DNA of 63,860 bases, counting the filler, from Reclinomonas americana ATCC 50394 (taxonomy: Eukaryota): assembly GCA_048213135.1 (NCBI GenBank). It is 7 parts of 3 records of this genome, joined end to end, with 100 filler letters (N's around TTAATTAATTAA, not from the genome) between each part and the next. Parts side by side here need not be neighbours in the genome. Positions count along the whole stretch, not along the records: positions 35,163 to 52,148 come from PS015087.1; positions 52,249 to 60,091 come from PS015087.1; 5 more parts are not named here. The stretch is one strand, 5' to 3'. Both the position numbers and the translations under genes were made by a program. Shown here one piece after another: positions 36,206 through 56,364 of the stretch; position 1 is the first letter of the stretch, and each line of letters begins with the position of its first letter. The notes beneath the pieces were generated by a model. That model saw only the letters and a list, made by a program, of their open reading frames with translations, ran no database searches and was not told the origin of the DNA.

Positions 36206-39200
36206 TCATATGGTGGCCTTTTCTGGGAGGCTCTCCTCGTCCTCGTCATCGTACCCGTAGCCCTCCATGCCCTCTTCGTCGTCATAGTCTTCGCCGTCCA
36301 CGTCTTCATACTCGTCCTCCTCGTCATCATCGCCAGCAGCAGCAGCAGCAGCGCGACCGTGACTGCCACGACCGGCACTCCGATTCCTCGCCTCCTCTGT
36401 CGACTCGTCGTCGAAACGCAGCACTCCGGCCACACGCGATCCGTCCTGATAAAACATGGCCTCCTCGTCAAACGACGCCGTCGTCGTCGTGAGGTCGCCG
36501 TGAGCGCCACCAGCCGCCGCCCGGCGCGCCTCTTCCTCGGCCACACGCTGCCGCTCACGAGCCTCCCGGCGGAGGATCTCGACGCGACCCAGTCCGTCTT
36601 CCAGCACTGTGCGCGGGTCGACCAGGTCGTTCTGCGGCGGAGCGAGAATTGAGAAGGAGTAGAGAAGATGAAACCACTGCAGGCTGAAAAGCGACAGAGT
36701 GCACACGGCTGCGACTTCAATCCTGATTTTGAAATCTTGTCACCAGGTGCACAGCTCACTCAGTCTCCTCCATCACAATCCCGTCTATCTCTTGCACTTT
36801 TTGCTCTCTCCCAAGGGTGGCGTTGTATAATCCTCATCTGGTGCAGCTCGCTCACTCTACTCCCTCACAATCCCTTCCGTCTCTTGCCCTCCATGCCCTC
36901 AATCTTCCCTTCCGGCGCACGACTCACAGGCCATCTGACTCGCTCTCCTCGTTCCCCATCCCTTCCTTCTCTTGCACTTCATGCCCTTATCTTCTCTTAC
37001 CGGTGAACAGCTGCACTCACTCTCCTCCCTCACAATCCCTTCTTTCTCTTGCACTTCATGCCCTTATCTTCTCTTCCGGTGCACAGCTCGCTCACTCTCC
37101 TCCCTCCTTTTCCCTTCCCTCTCCAACACCTCATGCCCTTCATCCTCTTTTCGGTGCACAGTCTCTTCTCTCCCAATCCCGTCCTTCTCTCGCCCCTCAT
37201 GCGCTCAATCTTCACTTCCGTCGCATGTATCATACGCCGTCAGCTGCCCGTCCTTCTTTCTCTTGCACTTCATGCCCTTATCTTCTCTTCCGGTGCACAG
37301 CTCACTCACTCTCCTCCTTCCTTTTCCCTTCCTTCTCTTGCTCTTCATGCGCTCAATCGTCACTTCCGTCGCATGTATCATATGCCGTCCGCTGCCCGTC
37401 TCTTCTCTCTCTTGCACCTCGTGCCCTTAATCCTATCTTTTGATGTACAAGTTCCTCCCTTACAATCCCTTCCCTCTTTTGCCCTTCATCCTCCCTTCCG
37501 GTGCTCCCCTCTCTTCCCTTGCCTCACCTGCGGCATGTCTACCCGCTTGTCGCCCTCGCTCAACGCCATCATTTCGCCACACCTCGCCACATCGTCGTGC
37601 CACTCGCCTTCCATCTTGTGACCCGTCGAGTAGTAATAGTAGACTCCAGGACCCTCGCGCTTGTCGTTCTCCCATGTGCCCTCGAACACATCGAGATTGG
37701 CTGCGTGCAGAGTGAGGGCAAAGAAATCACCAGAGCACTGCACTCTTTCTCCGCTCCTCACCTCGAATCAGACGGCCAAAGCCATTCTTCTTGTCGTCGT
37801 GCCACTCGCCCTCGTACTTGTCTCCGTTGACAAAGTAGTGCGTGCCGTCGCCACATCGCTTGTTTGACAACCACTCGCTGCAGAAGAAACAGTCAGGCAA
37901 GGATGACCGGCGATGTCAGCTTGCTCTCACGTACCCCTCATAAATCTCGCCACTGGAGTAGTACTGGATACCGTGACCCTGCATGGGCAATACCAGTAAG
38001 TATCCCACTCCTGCTTCCCCTGTAATGGCCTCGCGGAGTTGACGCAACTGAGCGCTGGTGATTCGCCCAGTTGCCCTTGTACACACGAACGTACTCGTCC
38101 GCCTCATTCACCAGGTACAGCGTGCCGAATCCGTGTCGCTTCGAGTCCTTCCACTCGCCCTCGTACTTGCTCTTGTCCGTCACCAGCGTGCCCATGCCCG
38201 AAAAGTGATCGCGCTCCCACTGGCCCGTGTACTTGGCCGACTTGCCGAACTTGCCAGAGACCTTGATGGTGGAGCGATCGCCGTGACGCATGGCCTGCGG
38301 ATAACAGTTGAGGGTAAAGTACAAGAGCTGTCTCTGTGCATTCGTCGACAGCACCTTCTTGGCACTGGCACCGGCCAGTGTCCGCTCCCTGGAGACGTCA
38401 ACACCACGAATGGCTTTCCGCTGTGGACTGCGATCCCAGATGCTGCTCTCGGCAAAGCGCGAGGGGCCCGATGCTCTGCGAGAGTAGCACTTCAGAATCG
38501 AGACAAAGTCGAGAGATAGATAGAGAGGGTGGTGCTCACGAACCCGCCACCAAATGTCTTCTCGAATGTGACCTCCATTTTCGCAGCGCGCTCCTCGGCC
38601 TCGGTGAGGGGATGCCCCGGTGCGAGGTTGGTGGGCGGAAGCTTGCTCTCTGTGCTTCCAGCATTAGCATTTGATAACTCGTGAGCTCTCGAGTCACTCT
38701 CCACTCACTTGACTCCTCCAGTTTGGTGCGGAACGTGGCAAAGTACGACGGCTTCTCGTTGACTTCGGGTGCCGTGCGCACTTCGCGGAGAAGCCGCACA
38801 AAGTCGAGCACCTCGAGAATCTCATTGTAGTTGTACTCTGCAGATCGAGCACGAAGTGAGTGTGTGAAATAACTTCCCGCTTCGTGCTGCGCACAAACCA
38901 GTGGGCGGTAGGCACACCAAGAACGACGTGTAACAGTTGCCACCAATCTCATTGCGGAGGACACTCGTCAATCGCGTCTCATCGTACGGAACGTAGCCTG
39001 TCATCTCGAGTGTCAGCTCCCATGGAGAGACAGCCACCGACGATGCAGAGAGACTTAACTGACATTGCCGGAACGCTGTTTCTGAATGAGCACTTGCAAG
39101 ACGTTGGAGAACGAGGCCATACTGAACAGAGGAACGCAGAATGAGATCTCCACAACAAGGAAGAGAGCTGTCGAAGTCGAAGCGATCACCCACCACTTGT

Positions 39201-42200
39201 TGACTTGCGCATCCTCCTTCAGCACACGTCCACGAGCACCTTTGCGTCCCATACGATCGGGTCCCTTGAGTGAGCACAGCGTGACAGTTGAGAAGAGCAT
39301 CTTCTCGCCGCGCTCCTGTGTCTGGGTGATGCTGAAGCGGAACACGGTGTGCCACCGGACCGCGCGCTTCTCCGTCTCGGCGTTGCGTCGCTCCAGGCCG
39401 CGGTTCAGTGCCTGCTCAAAGTCCTGTTGCGAGCGGATGGGCCAGGAGGAGAGGCCTTGGACGATGCTGCGTGGAGGGGAAGGAAAAGGGGGAAAGGGAG
39501 GTAAGTGGAAAGGGACAAGGGACAAAAAGGGAGGGAGGGAGAGGGGAGGGAGGAAGAGGCGAAGGGAGGGAGAGGCGAAGGGAGGGAGAGAGGAGGAGAG
39601 GTAGAGGGGAGGGAGGGAGAGGCGAAGGNNNNNNNNNNNNNNNNNNNNNNNNNNNNNNNNNNNNNNNNNNNNNNNNNNNNNNNNNNNNNNNNNNNNNNNN
39701 NNNNNNNNNNNNNNNNNNNNNNNNNNNNNNNNNNNNNNNNNNNNNNNNNNNNNNNNNNNNNNNNNNNNNNNNNNNNNNNNNNNNNNNNNNNNNNNNNNNN
39801 NNNNNNNNNNNNNNNNNNNNNNNNNNNNNNNNNNNNNNNNNNNNNNNNNNNNNNNNNNNNNNNNNNNNNNNNNNNNNNNNNNNNNNNNNNNNNNNNNNNN
39901 NNNNNNNNNNNNNNNNNNNNNNNNNNNNNNNNNNNNNNNNNNNNNNNNNNNNNNNNNNNNNNNNNNNNNNNNNNNNNNNNNNNNNNNNNNNNNNNNNNNN
40001 NNNNNNNNNNNNNNNNNNNNNNNNNNNNNNNNNNNNNNNNNNNNNNNNNNNNNNNNNNNNNNNNNNNNNNNNNNNNNNNNNNNNNNNNNNNNNNNNNNNN
40101 NNNNNNNNNNNNNNNNNNNNNNNNNNNNNNNNNNNNNNNNNNNNNNNNNNNNNNNNNNNNNNNNNNNNNNNNNNNNNNNNNNNNNNNNNNNNNNNNNNNN
40201 NNNNNNNNNNNNNNNNNNNNNNNNNNNNNNNNNNNNNNNNNNNNNNNNNNNNNNNNNNNNNNNNNNNNNNNNNNNNNNNNNNNNNNNNNNNNNNNNNNNN
40301 NNNNNNNNNNNNNNNNNNNNNNNNNNNNNNNNNNNNNNNNNNNNNNNNNNNNNNNNNNNNNNNNNNNNNNNNNNNNNNNNNNNNNNNNNNNNNNNNNNNN
40401 NNNNNNNNNNNNNNNNNNNNNGAGGGAGAGAGGAAGAGAGAGAGAGGGGAGGGAGGGAGGAGAGGGAAGAGAGGGAGAGGAAAGGGGGGAGAGGGAAATG
40501 GTGGGAGAGGGATAGGGAGAGAGAGTGGAGAGTAAGTGATACAGAGAGAAAGAGAGGGCGCAGAGGGAACAAATTGAGAGAAGCAAAAGACGGAACAGAA
40601 GCAGGTGCACTTGCTGATTGTCAGAGAGAGAGAAAGACATTTCAAGAGAGGGGACACATAGACAGAGATGGCAAAGAGAGAGAGAGAACATTAAAGAGAG
40701 GTTTCTTCCAGAGGAACAGCAGTCACAACAAACGGGGCTTTTCATGCTCCGTTCTTCTCTTCCAGAAACCTCAGTATACTAAACAGTAACTATCACAGAC
40801 GGAGAGAAAGGAAAGACGGAAGCAGAGATAAAAGTGACAGATGACTTCGCACGTTACCATGTCTGGTTTTCTTTCGTCTTTCTCCTCCTTCCTCTTTCTC
40901 TCTGCCCCACACTCTTCCTCCTTTCCCCTTTCTCCCTTGCGCAAAAGGTTCAGAGTGGCGCAACCCAGAGTGTGAAAGGGGGGATAAAGGGGTTACAGAA
41001 GAGAGAGAAATCGTGTATCGCAGTGACACTCACAAAAAGGAGAGTTCACAGAATCGAGACAGAAAGACAGGACACCACAGCACTCAGTGCGAAGTCTCGC
41101 GTGACACAGATACAAGGCGAAAAGAGCCTTGAACACGCTGCTTGTGGATCAGTATCATGCAGGAGACATCGGAAAATGAAGCGAGGAAGAGGATGACTTC
41201 TCAGAGACGGATAGTGTCTTGAAGCGACGACTCTTGAGTAAGGGGAGCTTCTGCATCATTGCACTCACTAACGACTGGCATAAATTCACACTGTCATCGC
41301 CTCCAGCAACGCAACATTTCACCCGTCCGCATGTTCTTCTTCAGCGGCTTCAGTCCATCTCCCTCGGTGACATCCAGCAGATCGCGCACCTTGTCCGCAT
41401 TGACCTCCATCATGCTGATCTCCACGTGAAAGTCGGCCACATCCTCGTATGTCGACACGTGTGTCATGAGGTCGGTGGACATCTGTCGCGCAAGGGTTCA
41501 GGAAGAAGAGAGAGAGAGAGAGAGCGGGGAGAAGAGCAAGGCGAAACTCGACGAAGAATGCCCATGCCCGACGAGTCATCGTCAGCCGCAGCATCGCCAA
41601 ACAGCGTGTAATTCTTTCCACTGTGCGACGGCCCGTACACCATCAGACTCTGCATCACGAGAAAGAGTGAGTCGTGATCCACTCATCTCTCCTCCGCAGC
41701 GTACACACCGTGTTGACACCGGCCAGCGCGTACGCCAACGCCGGCACTCCAAAGTCCGCATACACCTGCGCCTGCCGGTCGCCCTCACTGTACGAGTACT
41801 CAAAATCGCACAACACGCCCTCCTCGGCGTCCGGGTGGAACACCACAAATGCCTTGTCCTGGATCTGGAACACCTTGCGCAGCTTCTCCTTGTGCTCAAA
41901 GTCGGTCAGTGGGCGGACGCGGACGCCGACCTGTGAGAGGGGGGACAAATGGGAAGGGTGAGAAGATGTTGAGTCATCGTGGAAAGAAGGGCAGTGTGCT
42001 GTGGTGCTCTGTTGGATCAACATGGGTGAATGCATCATGATAGGCAGAGAGGAGACATTTCGCACCAACCACGAGCCAGCCTCTATGTGCTCTACAGCTG
42101 TGCAAGCAAGAGAATGACACACACACACACACACTTACACACACACAGGAACACAGGTAGACGGACACACACAAGCGCAACGCACTGCGCTTGCTTGCAA

Positions 42201-43560
42201 ACAGGAGAGAGATGCGAGACAGAGCGGTCGACCTGTCTATATCACTCTGTCGGAATTCTGTGCGTACGGGCATCGCATGTAGCTGCATGATGACATCGCA
42301 CAGTTTAGACGATAAACACCAAGGACGAGCGTGCTCTGCAGGCTTGCGTGTGTGACAGGCAAGCAAGAGAAAGAGAAATGAGCTGCCTGCAGCACGTCTG
42401 CATCGACCTGTCAATCTTCTGTGGCTGCTTGCAGACTGCATGATAATATCAGCTCTGCAGTCTGACTGACAAACAAGAGAAAGATAAATGAGCAGCCTGC
42501 AGCACAAGTCTGCATCGTTCTGTCAACCTTCTGTGGCTGCTTGCAGACTGCATGATAATATCAGCACAAGCCAACTTCTGTGTGCTCCGCAGGCTTGCGT
42601 GTGTGACTGGCAGGCAAGCAAGAAAGGGACAGGGAGAGTCGATGCACGAGTCTGCATGATGCGGTCTAATCTTCTGTGCATGCGTGCATCACAGAAGGGA
42701 AGCTATCAGCGCGCGGCGTGCTCCTCTGCATGGAAACAATCGAGACTACTCCCTACTGGTGATCTCTAGTATGTATCTCATTGTATCGTGGCCATTTAAC
42801 GTGGTTGGACCGTGCGCAGTGCATCTCTGAAAGGCACACTTCTGCAGAGGCATTCAGCCATCCATCAGCCGATGTCTCTCACGACTGATTGAAGACAGGA
42901 AGTCCATGCCTCCTCCTTCTTCCCTTCGTCTCTCCCTCACCTTGATATCCTTTGGCGGATCCCTCAACGACGATCCTTCTCCGTGCGAGAACGGCGGATC
43001 AAAGTAATGCGCCTCGAATGTCTCCATCTCCTGCTGCTGCTTGATACGCATCTGCGAGGCCCGTGCCTCCTCGTCCAGCATCACATCTTCGGCCTCTGAG
43101 ATGAGAGAGAGAACGAGAGAGTGAGACGGCGAGAAGGGAGAGAGAGAGAGAGGAGGCAAAGGAAGATAGGATGATACAGGGAGGAAGAGACAGAGCCGGA
43201 GACAGACAGTGAGAGACGGAGAGGAGGGAGAGTGGGAAGAGGCAGGGAAGAAGATGAAGACCGGATGACACAGAGAGGAAGAGATAGAGGCAGAGAATGA
43301 GAGAAGGGAGAGACAGAGACGGAGAAGCAGGCGAGAGGAGGAAGACAGGATGACACAGAGCATGAGAGACGGAGAGAAGGAGAGAGAGAGAAGAGGCAGG
43401 TAGGAAGGAAGCAGTTCCCAGTCTCTGTCTCTCTCTCTCTCTCTCACCCTCTGCAGAGAGAAACTGAGAAACTGAAGAATGAGTGCAAAACTGAGAGGAG
43501 AGACAGATCCTCAGAAGCAGAGTGAGAGAGAGACAGAGGAGGAATGCACTCGCCTGCCAT
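36206..43560 (-). CDS. Divergent kinesin motor-like domain fused to MORN-repeat (MORN3-like) C-terminus
   Basis: Kinesin landmarks IKVGVRVRPL, ALAGVNT|SLMVYGPSHSGKNYTLFG, SMMEVNADKVRDLL, YVPYDETRLTSVLRNEIGGNCYT. In-phase exons link to MORN repeats YTGQWERDHFSGMG, YEGEWKDSKRHGFG, YEGEWHDDKKNGFG, FEGTWENDKREGPG. Confidence 0.75.
36745..37480. repeat. Intronic degenerate tandem repeats (tcttgcacttcatgcccttatcttctctt...ggtgcacagctc)
   Basis: The block recurs at about 36970, 37047 and 37261, with further decayed copies. Confidence 0.75.
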
Positions 43561-43654
43561 GATATCGAATTTTTGATTGAGGCAACGGTCGGGACAGTGG
43601 GACGGCGACGTGCATTGATAATCACACATTCTGCATTCCTGCGCGCGCACAGAA

Positions 43655-44641
43655 ATGGAGCTCGCTGTGCGCTCGCAGCGGCTAAGCGATGCATACCCAG
43701 TGCGACAGAGGTGCGCACCTGAAAATGCGTTTCAGTGTTTTTTCGAGACTTCTCACTCTCGCTTGTCTCACTCTCTCTCTTGTGTCATGTGCAGAGTGTT
43801 TGATCGCGGTTCCTCGTGGATGTGGCGATTGTATGAGCGAGCGACGTCGCGATTCATGGCATTTCTGACTGAGTTTCTGTTCCCGCGAGTGTTGCTGCAT
43901 ACGCCGCCGATTGGAACGTTCTTTGCGCCTACCACTGTGGTTAAGGTGCGATGGAAGAGAGGGAGGGGGAGGGAGAGAGAGAAGAGATTGATTGATGCAT
44001 TTCCTCTGTTGTCGCAGGGCGATCACTTCCTCTGTCCATTTGCCTATACACTCGTTCCTCCCTTCTGTTTCTTGTCTGCACCTGCACTCCTCATCTTGCG
44101 TCTTCATCTTCTCACCCTCCTTCCCCTTCCCCTCCCTTCCCCATCCCTCACCCTCACCCTTTCCCTTCCCTCACCCTTCCCCTCCCTTCAGCTCCTCTGC
44201 GCGCACACCTGCGAGGAAGGCCACATTTGCCGCTACAACGAAGGCCACCGCGGTCGCCACGTGTGCGTGTTTGGCCACGTCGAGGGGCAGCCGATTCGCA
44301 AGTGCGGCTCCATTTGCGATTGCCGGTGCGCGCACCCCCCACCCCTCACCTCCCACCCGTTGTCTCCCACACTCATTGTTGTTGTTTCGTGCAGCGGCTG
44401 CACTGCCGAGTGCTCCTTCCGCCCCGGGCACTGGGGCTCGCATCAGTGCCACTTCCGCCACCACTTTAGCGACATTCCCAGCTCGCGACGGCAGCAGCAG
44501 GCGTTTCGTGACGACAAGGCCATTGGCGATTACATTGACGAGTTGGCGTACATTTCGGCGGAGGATCTCAAGTTTGCACAGGTGCCAGAGACCGCCGATG
44601 AGGCCGATGAGACGTGGCCGGTACTGGAGGATGCAAGGTGA
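43655..44641 (+). CDS. Small uncharacterised protein with two Cys/His-rich repeats
   Basis: Spliced CAHTCEEGHICRYNEGHRGRHVCVFGH and CGSICDC|SGCTAECSFRPGHWGSHQCHFRHHF; acidic tail; canonical introns. Confidence 0.55.
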   Translation: MELAVRSQRLSDAYPVRQRCAPENAFQCFFETSHSRLSHSLSCVMCRVFDRGSSWMWRLYERATSRFMAFLTEFLFPRVLLHTPPIGTFFAPTTVVKVRWKRGRGREREKRLIDAFPLLSQGDHFLCPFAYTLVPPFCFLSAPALLILRLHLLTLLPLPLPSPSLTLTLSLPSPFPSLQLLCAHTCEEGHICRYNEGHRGRHVCVFGHVEGQPIRKCGSICDCRCAHPPPLTSHPLSPTLIVVVSCSGCTAECSFRPGHWGSHQCHFRHHFSDIPSSRRQQQAFRDDKAIGDYIDELAYISAEDLKFAQVPETADEADETWPVLEDAR

Positions 44642-44836
44642 TGAAAGCTGAGAGAGAGATTTATTGGGTGTAAAACACTGTACATGCGATAGACAAGCGC
44701 CGAGAAAGGATTTTTGTGCACGAGTAGTTATTTACAACAGCGTGCATCGACCGAGAATACCGCCCGACGACGACGACGCAGCCTCCGCACTCTGTGTGTG
44801 TGAAGAGAGAGTGAGTTTTTGGTAACCGAGACACGT

Positions 44837-52969
<8,133 letters not shown>

Positions 52970-53083
52970 CGAGGAGGAGGATAATGAGGCAAACTGCAAC
53001 AAGCTCACAGTCAGCAAGAGCGAGTCGCACTTGTCTTGCACTTTCACAAATGGCACTTTCATGACAATCACCTGTTTTTTTCG

Positions 53084-53120
<37 letters not shown>

Positions 53121-53135
53121 TGCACACACACAATG

Positions 53136-53168
<33 letters not shown>

Positions 53169-53378
53169 CTGCGCACACACTGCAAAAACACACACACACT
53201 CTCTCACTCTCTCACTCACTCTCTCTCTCACACTCACACACACTGAGAGCGTTGTGTGAGAGACACACTCACCGATGCAAGGCCGACTGTGTTTGCGCAC
53301 ACACGCGACTCGCCCGTGACAATCAATGCAATGACTCATGCGCGATCTGTCCATGCAGTTTCCTCACTGTGTTTACAA

Positions 53379-56325
53379 ATGGAAACGCACTCGGAGGAGG
53401 CAGTTGCGCCGACAGCAGCAACGGAGGAAGTGGAGCAGCCTGTGGTGAACGAAGAGGCTGCGTCGACTCCAGCAGCAGCAGAAGCAGCAGCAGCCGTGGA
53501 GGAGAAAAAGCATGAGTCAGCGCGAGAGGCGTTACCGCACAAGGTCGCCATTTCTGTCCCAGAGCAGCCGCCACAGCAGCAGCAGCAGCAGCAACAGTCA
53601 GTGTCGCAGCAGCAGTCGGCGGCGCCAGTGGCCGCTGCGGTGGAGAATCGCGTGGTGGTGAATGGGGCGCGTGTCCGGAGTCCGGCGGTCAAGCCGCAGA
53701 GTGCGACCACGCGGCGGTCGGTTTCGCGCGAACCAACGCGACCGGTGAGTGCGCCTCCCGTGCGACCGGCGTCGTCCAAGTCGCGACCGCGGTCGGTGAG
53801 TCCGACGAATGCGTCACGGCGGCTGTCGTCGTACTCGCACACGATTACGTTTCAGTCGACGTTGCGAAGTGGCGGAGGCGAAGGTGGAGGCGGTGGCGCG
53901 CATAGCGACTTGGTGGAGATGGAGGAGACGACGTTGCAGTTGAGCGAGTTGAATTCGATGATGCGGCGGCTGTTCGGCCAGTACAATGCCGAGCTCGACA
54001 AGTTGGTGTACTTGCACGAGGCGGCCGCGCGAAAGGCGCTGGCGCGCTTCACGGACTCGGCGGCGGAGCGCAATCGGCGGTTTGTGATGGCCGAGCGGCA
54101 GCGCAAGTCGGAGATGATGGCGTTGTACAATCCCGCCACCATGACCACCACGTATGTGCCCAAGGACAAGGTCACGCCGCTGCAGAAGCGGCGGCTGCGT
54201 CCGCTCTCGGCCATGGACACGTCGTCTACCTTTGACAACAGCAGCAGCAGCACGGGCGCTTTTAGGACAAGGTGAGAGTGTGTGTCATAGGAGTGAAGAG
54301 TCTCCCTTCCTCACCTCGAATGTGCAGGGCAAAGAGCGACTTGCAGAGGCGGCTGGAGAGCGAGCTCAACACATTCGACGACCTCGTGCATCGCTTGCGT
54401 GCACAGCGCGACAGACCGGCCTCGGCAGCGGCCAGTGGTGGCTTGCGAGTGCTGGCCGAGTCCGGGTGGTCCAGCGACGAGGATGACGACTCCGACTCGG
54501 ACGGCGCCACGACGCCTGTGCGCTCAGCAGCGACAGCCGCGGCTGCTGCGGCATCGGCCACTCCCGGAAGTGGCAGTCGGCGTGGTCGTCCAGCAGCACG
54601 CAAGGCCGCCAACACCCGGCGATCTGCGTCGCAGACGCAACGCTCACGTGCATTGCATGCTCGCCAGGTCTACGACCCACCGCCCGACGATCCCACTCTG
54701 CGCCCACCCGTGCACCGCCTGGTGGAGGTGCGTGCGGCGCTGGATGGCAGACCAGAGGACATTGAATCGGTGAGTGGTGGTGGTGGTGGTGGCAAAGGCG
54801 CGTGGTGAGCATGGATGACTGAACAAAGGGGTGCCACCTGCAGGTGTGCCGCCTGAAACTGGAGAAAATGGCGCTGAGTCGACTCGTCTTCGGCACGGGC
54901 AGTGTGGAGCACGTGCATAGCATGTGGGACTTGGCCGGAACCTATGCCATGATGCAGAACACCAAGGGCAGCGTGCGGTTGCTGAAGCGGGCGCTGAAGG
55001 TAAGAGCGTGAGGAGAGGAGAGACGAAACAAACTGCTGCTGACCTCCTCCTCTTCGCAGTTTGTCGACATGCTCCGCGGAAATCCCTCGTACGCGACCGA
55101 GGCCGCCGAACTCCAGCAATGCCTGGTTCTGACTCTGGCCCTGGCTCGTGCCTCCTCCGGCAAACTGGACGTGGCGGAGGCGTTGCTGCGTGATGCCCTC
55201 AAACACGGTGATCCCACACGCATGTCCATGGTTCCGCTGCATGTGGCACTCGGACGCATTCTTGCGCACATGACGCGATACGAGGAGGCCTTGGCGGCGT
55301 TCGCAAAGGTGTGTTAACATAAGAGGAGCGACAACGTGTCTCCACCTGCTCACTCGCTCCTCGCGACACGCGTGCAGGCCTGGGAGATTCGTGAGCGTCT
55401 CGGCGGCATGATCCACCCGGAAATGGTGCAAGTGTATGTGGAGATGGCCGCCATCTATCGGCACCGACTGGACCAGGCGCACATGCTGGAAATGTATCAG
55501 CGGGCCGTCGACACGGTGGATCGCATGGGAAGCGAGGCTGAGGGACTGGATCCGTGGACTGGTGAGAACATACACAGAATCGCGGCACTCAATCAAGCAA
55601 GCGGACTCACCGCTTGTGTCTGCAGAGATCTCGGTGCGCTTCGAACTGGCGCTGGCACTGCTCGCCAAGAATCAGCAACCGCGCGTGGCGGCCACACAAA
55701 TGCGGCGCGTGATCGAGCTGCAAAAGACGCACTTTGGCGGCGACAAGGCCAGAGTTTCGCACCGCACGCGCATAGTTCCTCCACCCGTCTTGTATAATCG
55801 CTCACCGGCGCCCTCCACAGATATGCGAAATGGAGGAGCACCTCAGCCGCGCCTTGTGCGCCGCCGGTGACTACGCCGAGGCTGTCGCAGTCCTCGAGCA
55901 GGTGCTGGCCGGGCAAGAGGCTCTGCATGGCGCGAACTCGGTACCGTGTGCGCGCACTGCCGTCATTATCGGCCACACGCTGGTGATGGCCGACGACCGC
56001 AAGAAGGCCTTGCAGTTCTTCGAGCAGGCGCACTCGATCTTGCTGTTGCGTGACACAAACAAAGAAAAACGAGAGGGAACGAGAATGGCTGACGTGTCAT
56101 GTGTGTGTCAGATCGGTGGTCGGCGCGCAAGATCCCGAGACTGTGGAGGTCGCCGATCGAATCAGTCGTCTGCGCAAGCACATGAAGCGCTCAGAAGCCA
56201 GCGACTCACCAGCCAAGGCAGCAGCAGCAGCGCCGGCCGCGAGCAAGCCAGCGGAGCCAGCCAGCAAGCCAGCAGAACCGGCGTCGTCCATGAGTTTCAC
56301 GCAGCTGCTGATGGGTGGAAAATAA
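53379..56325 (+). CDS. TPR-repeat protein with long disordered/coiled-coil N-terminus (TTC23/kinesin-light-chain-type TPRs)
   Basis: MALSRLVFGTGSVEHVHSMWDLAGTY, GKLDVAEALLRDAL, RYEEALAAFAK|AWEIRERLGG, GDYAEAVAVLEQVLAGQEALHG, KKALQFFEQAHSI; ends LLMGGK*. Confidence 0.75.
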
Positions 56326-56364
56326 AATAAAGCAACCTACCCGGGTTATTATTCAATCCACTCC

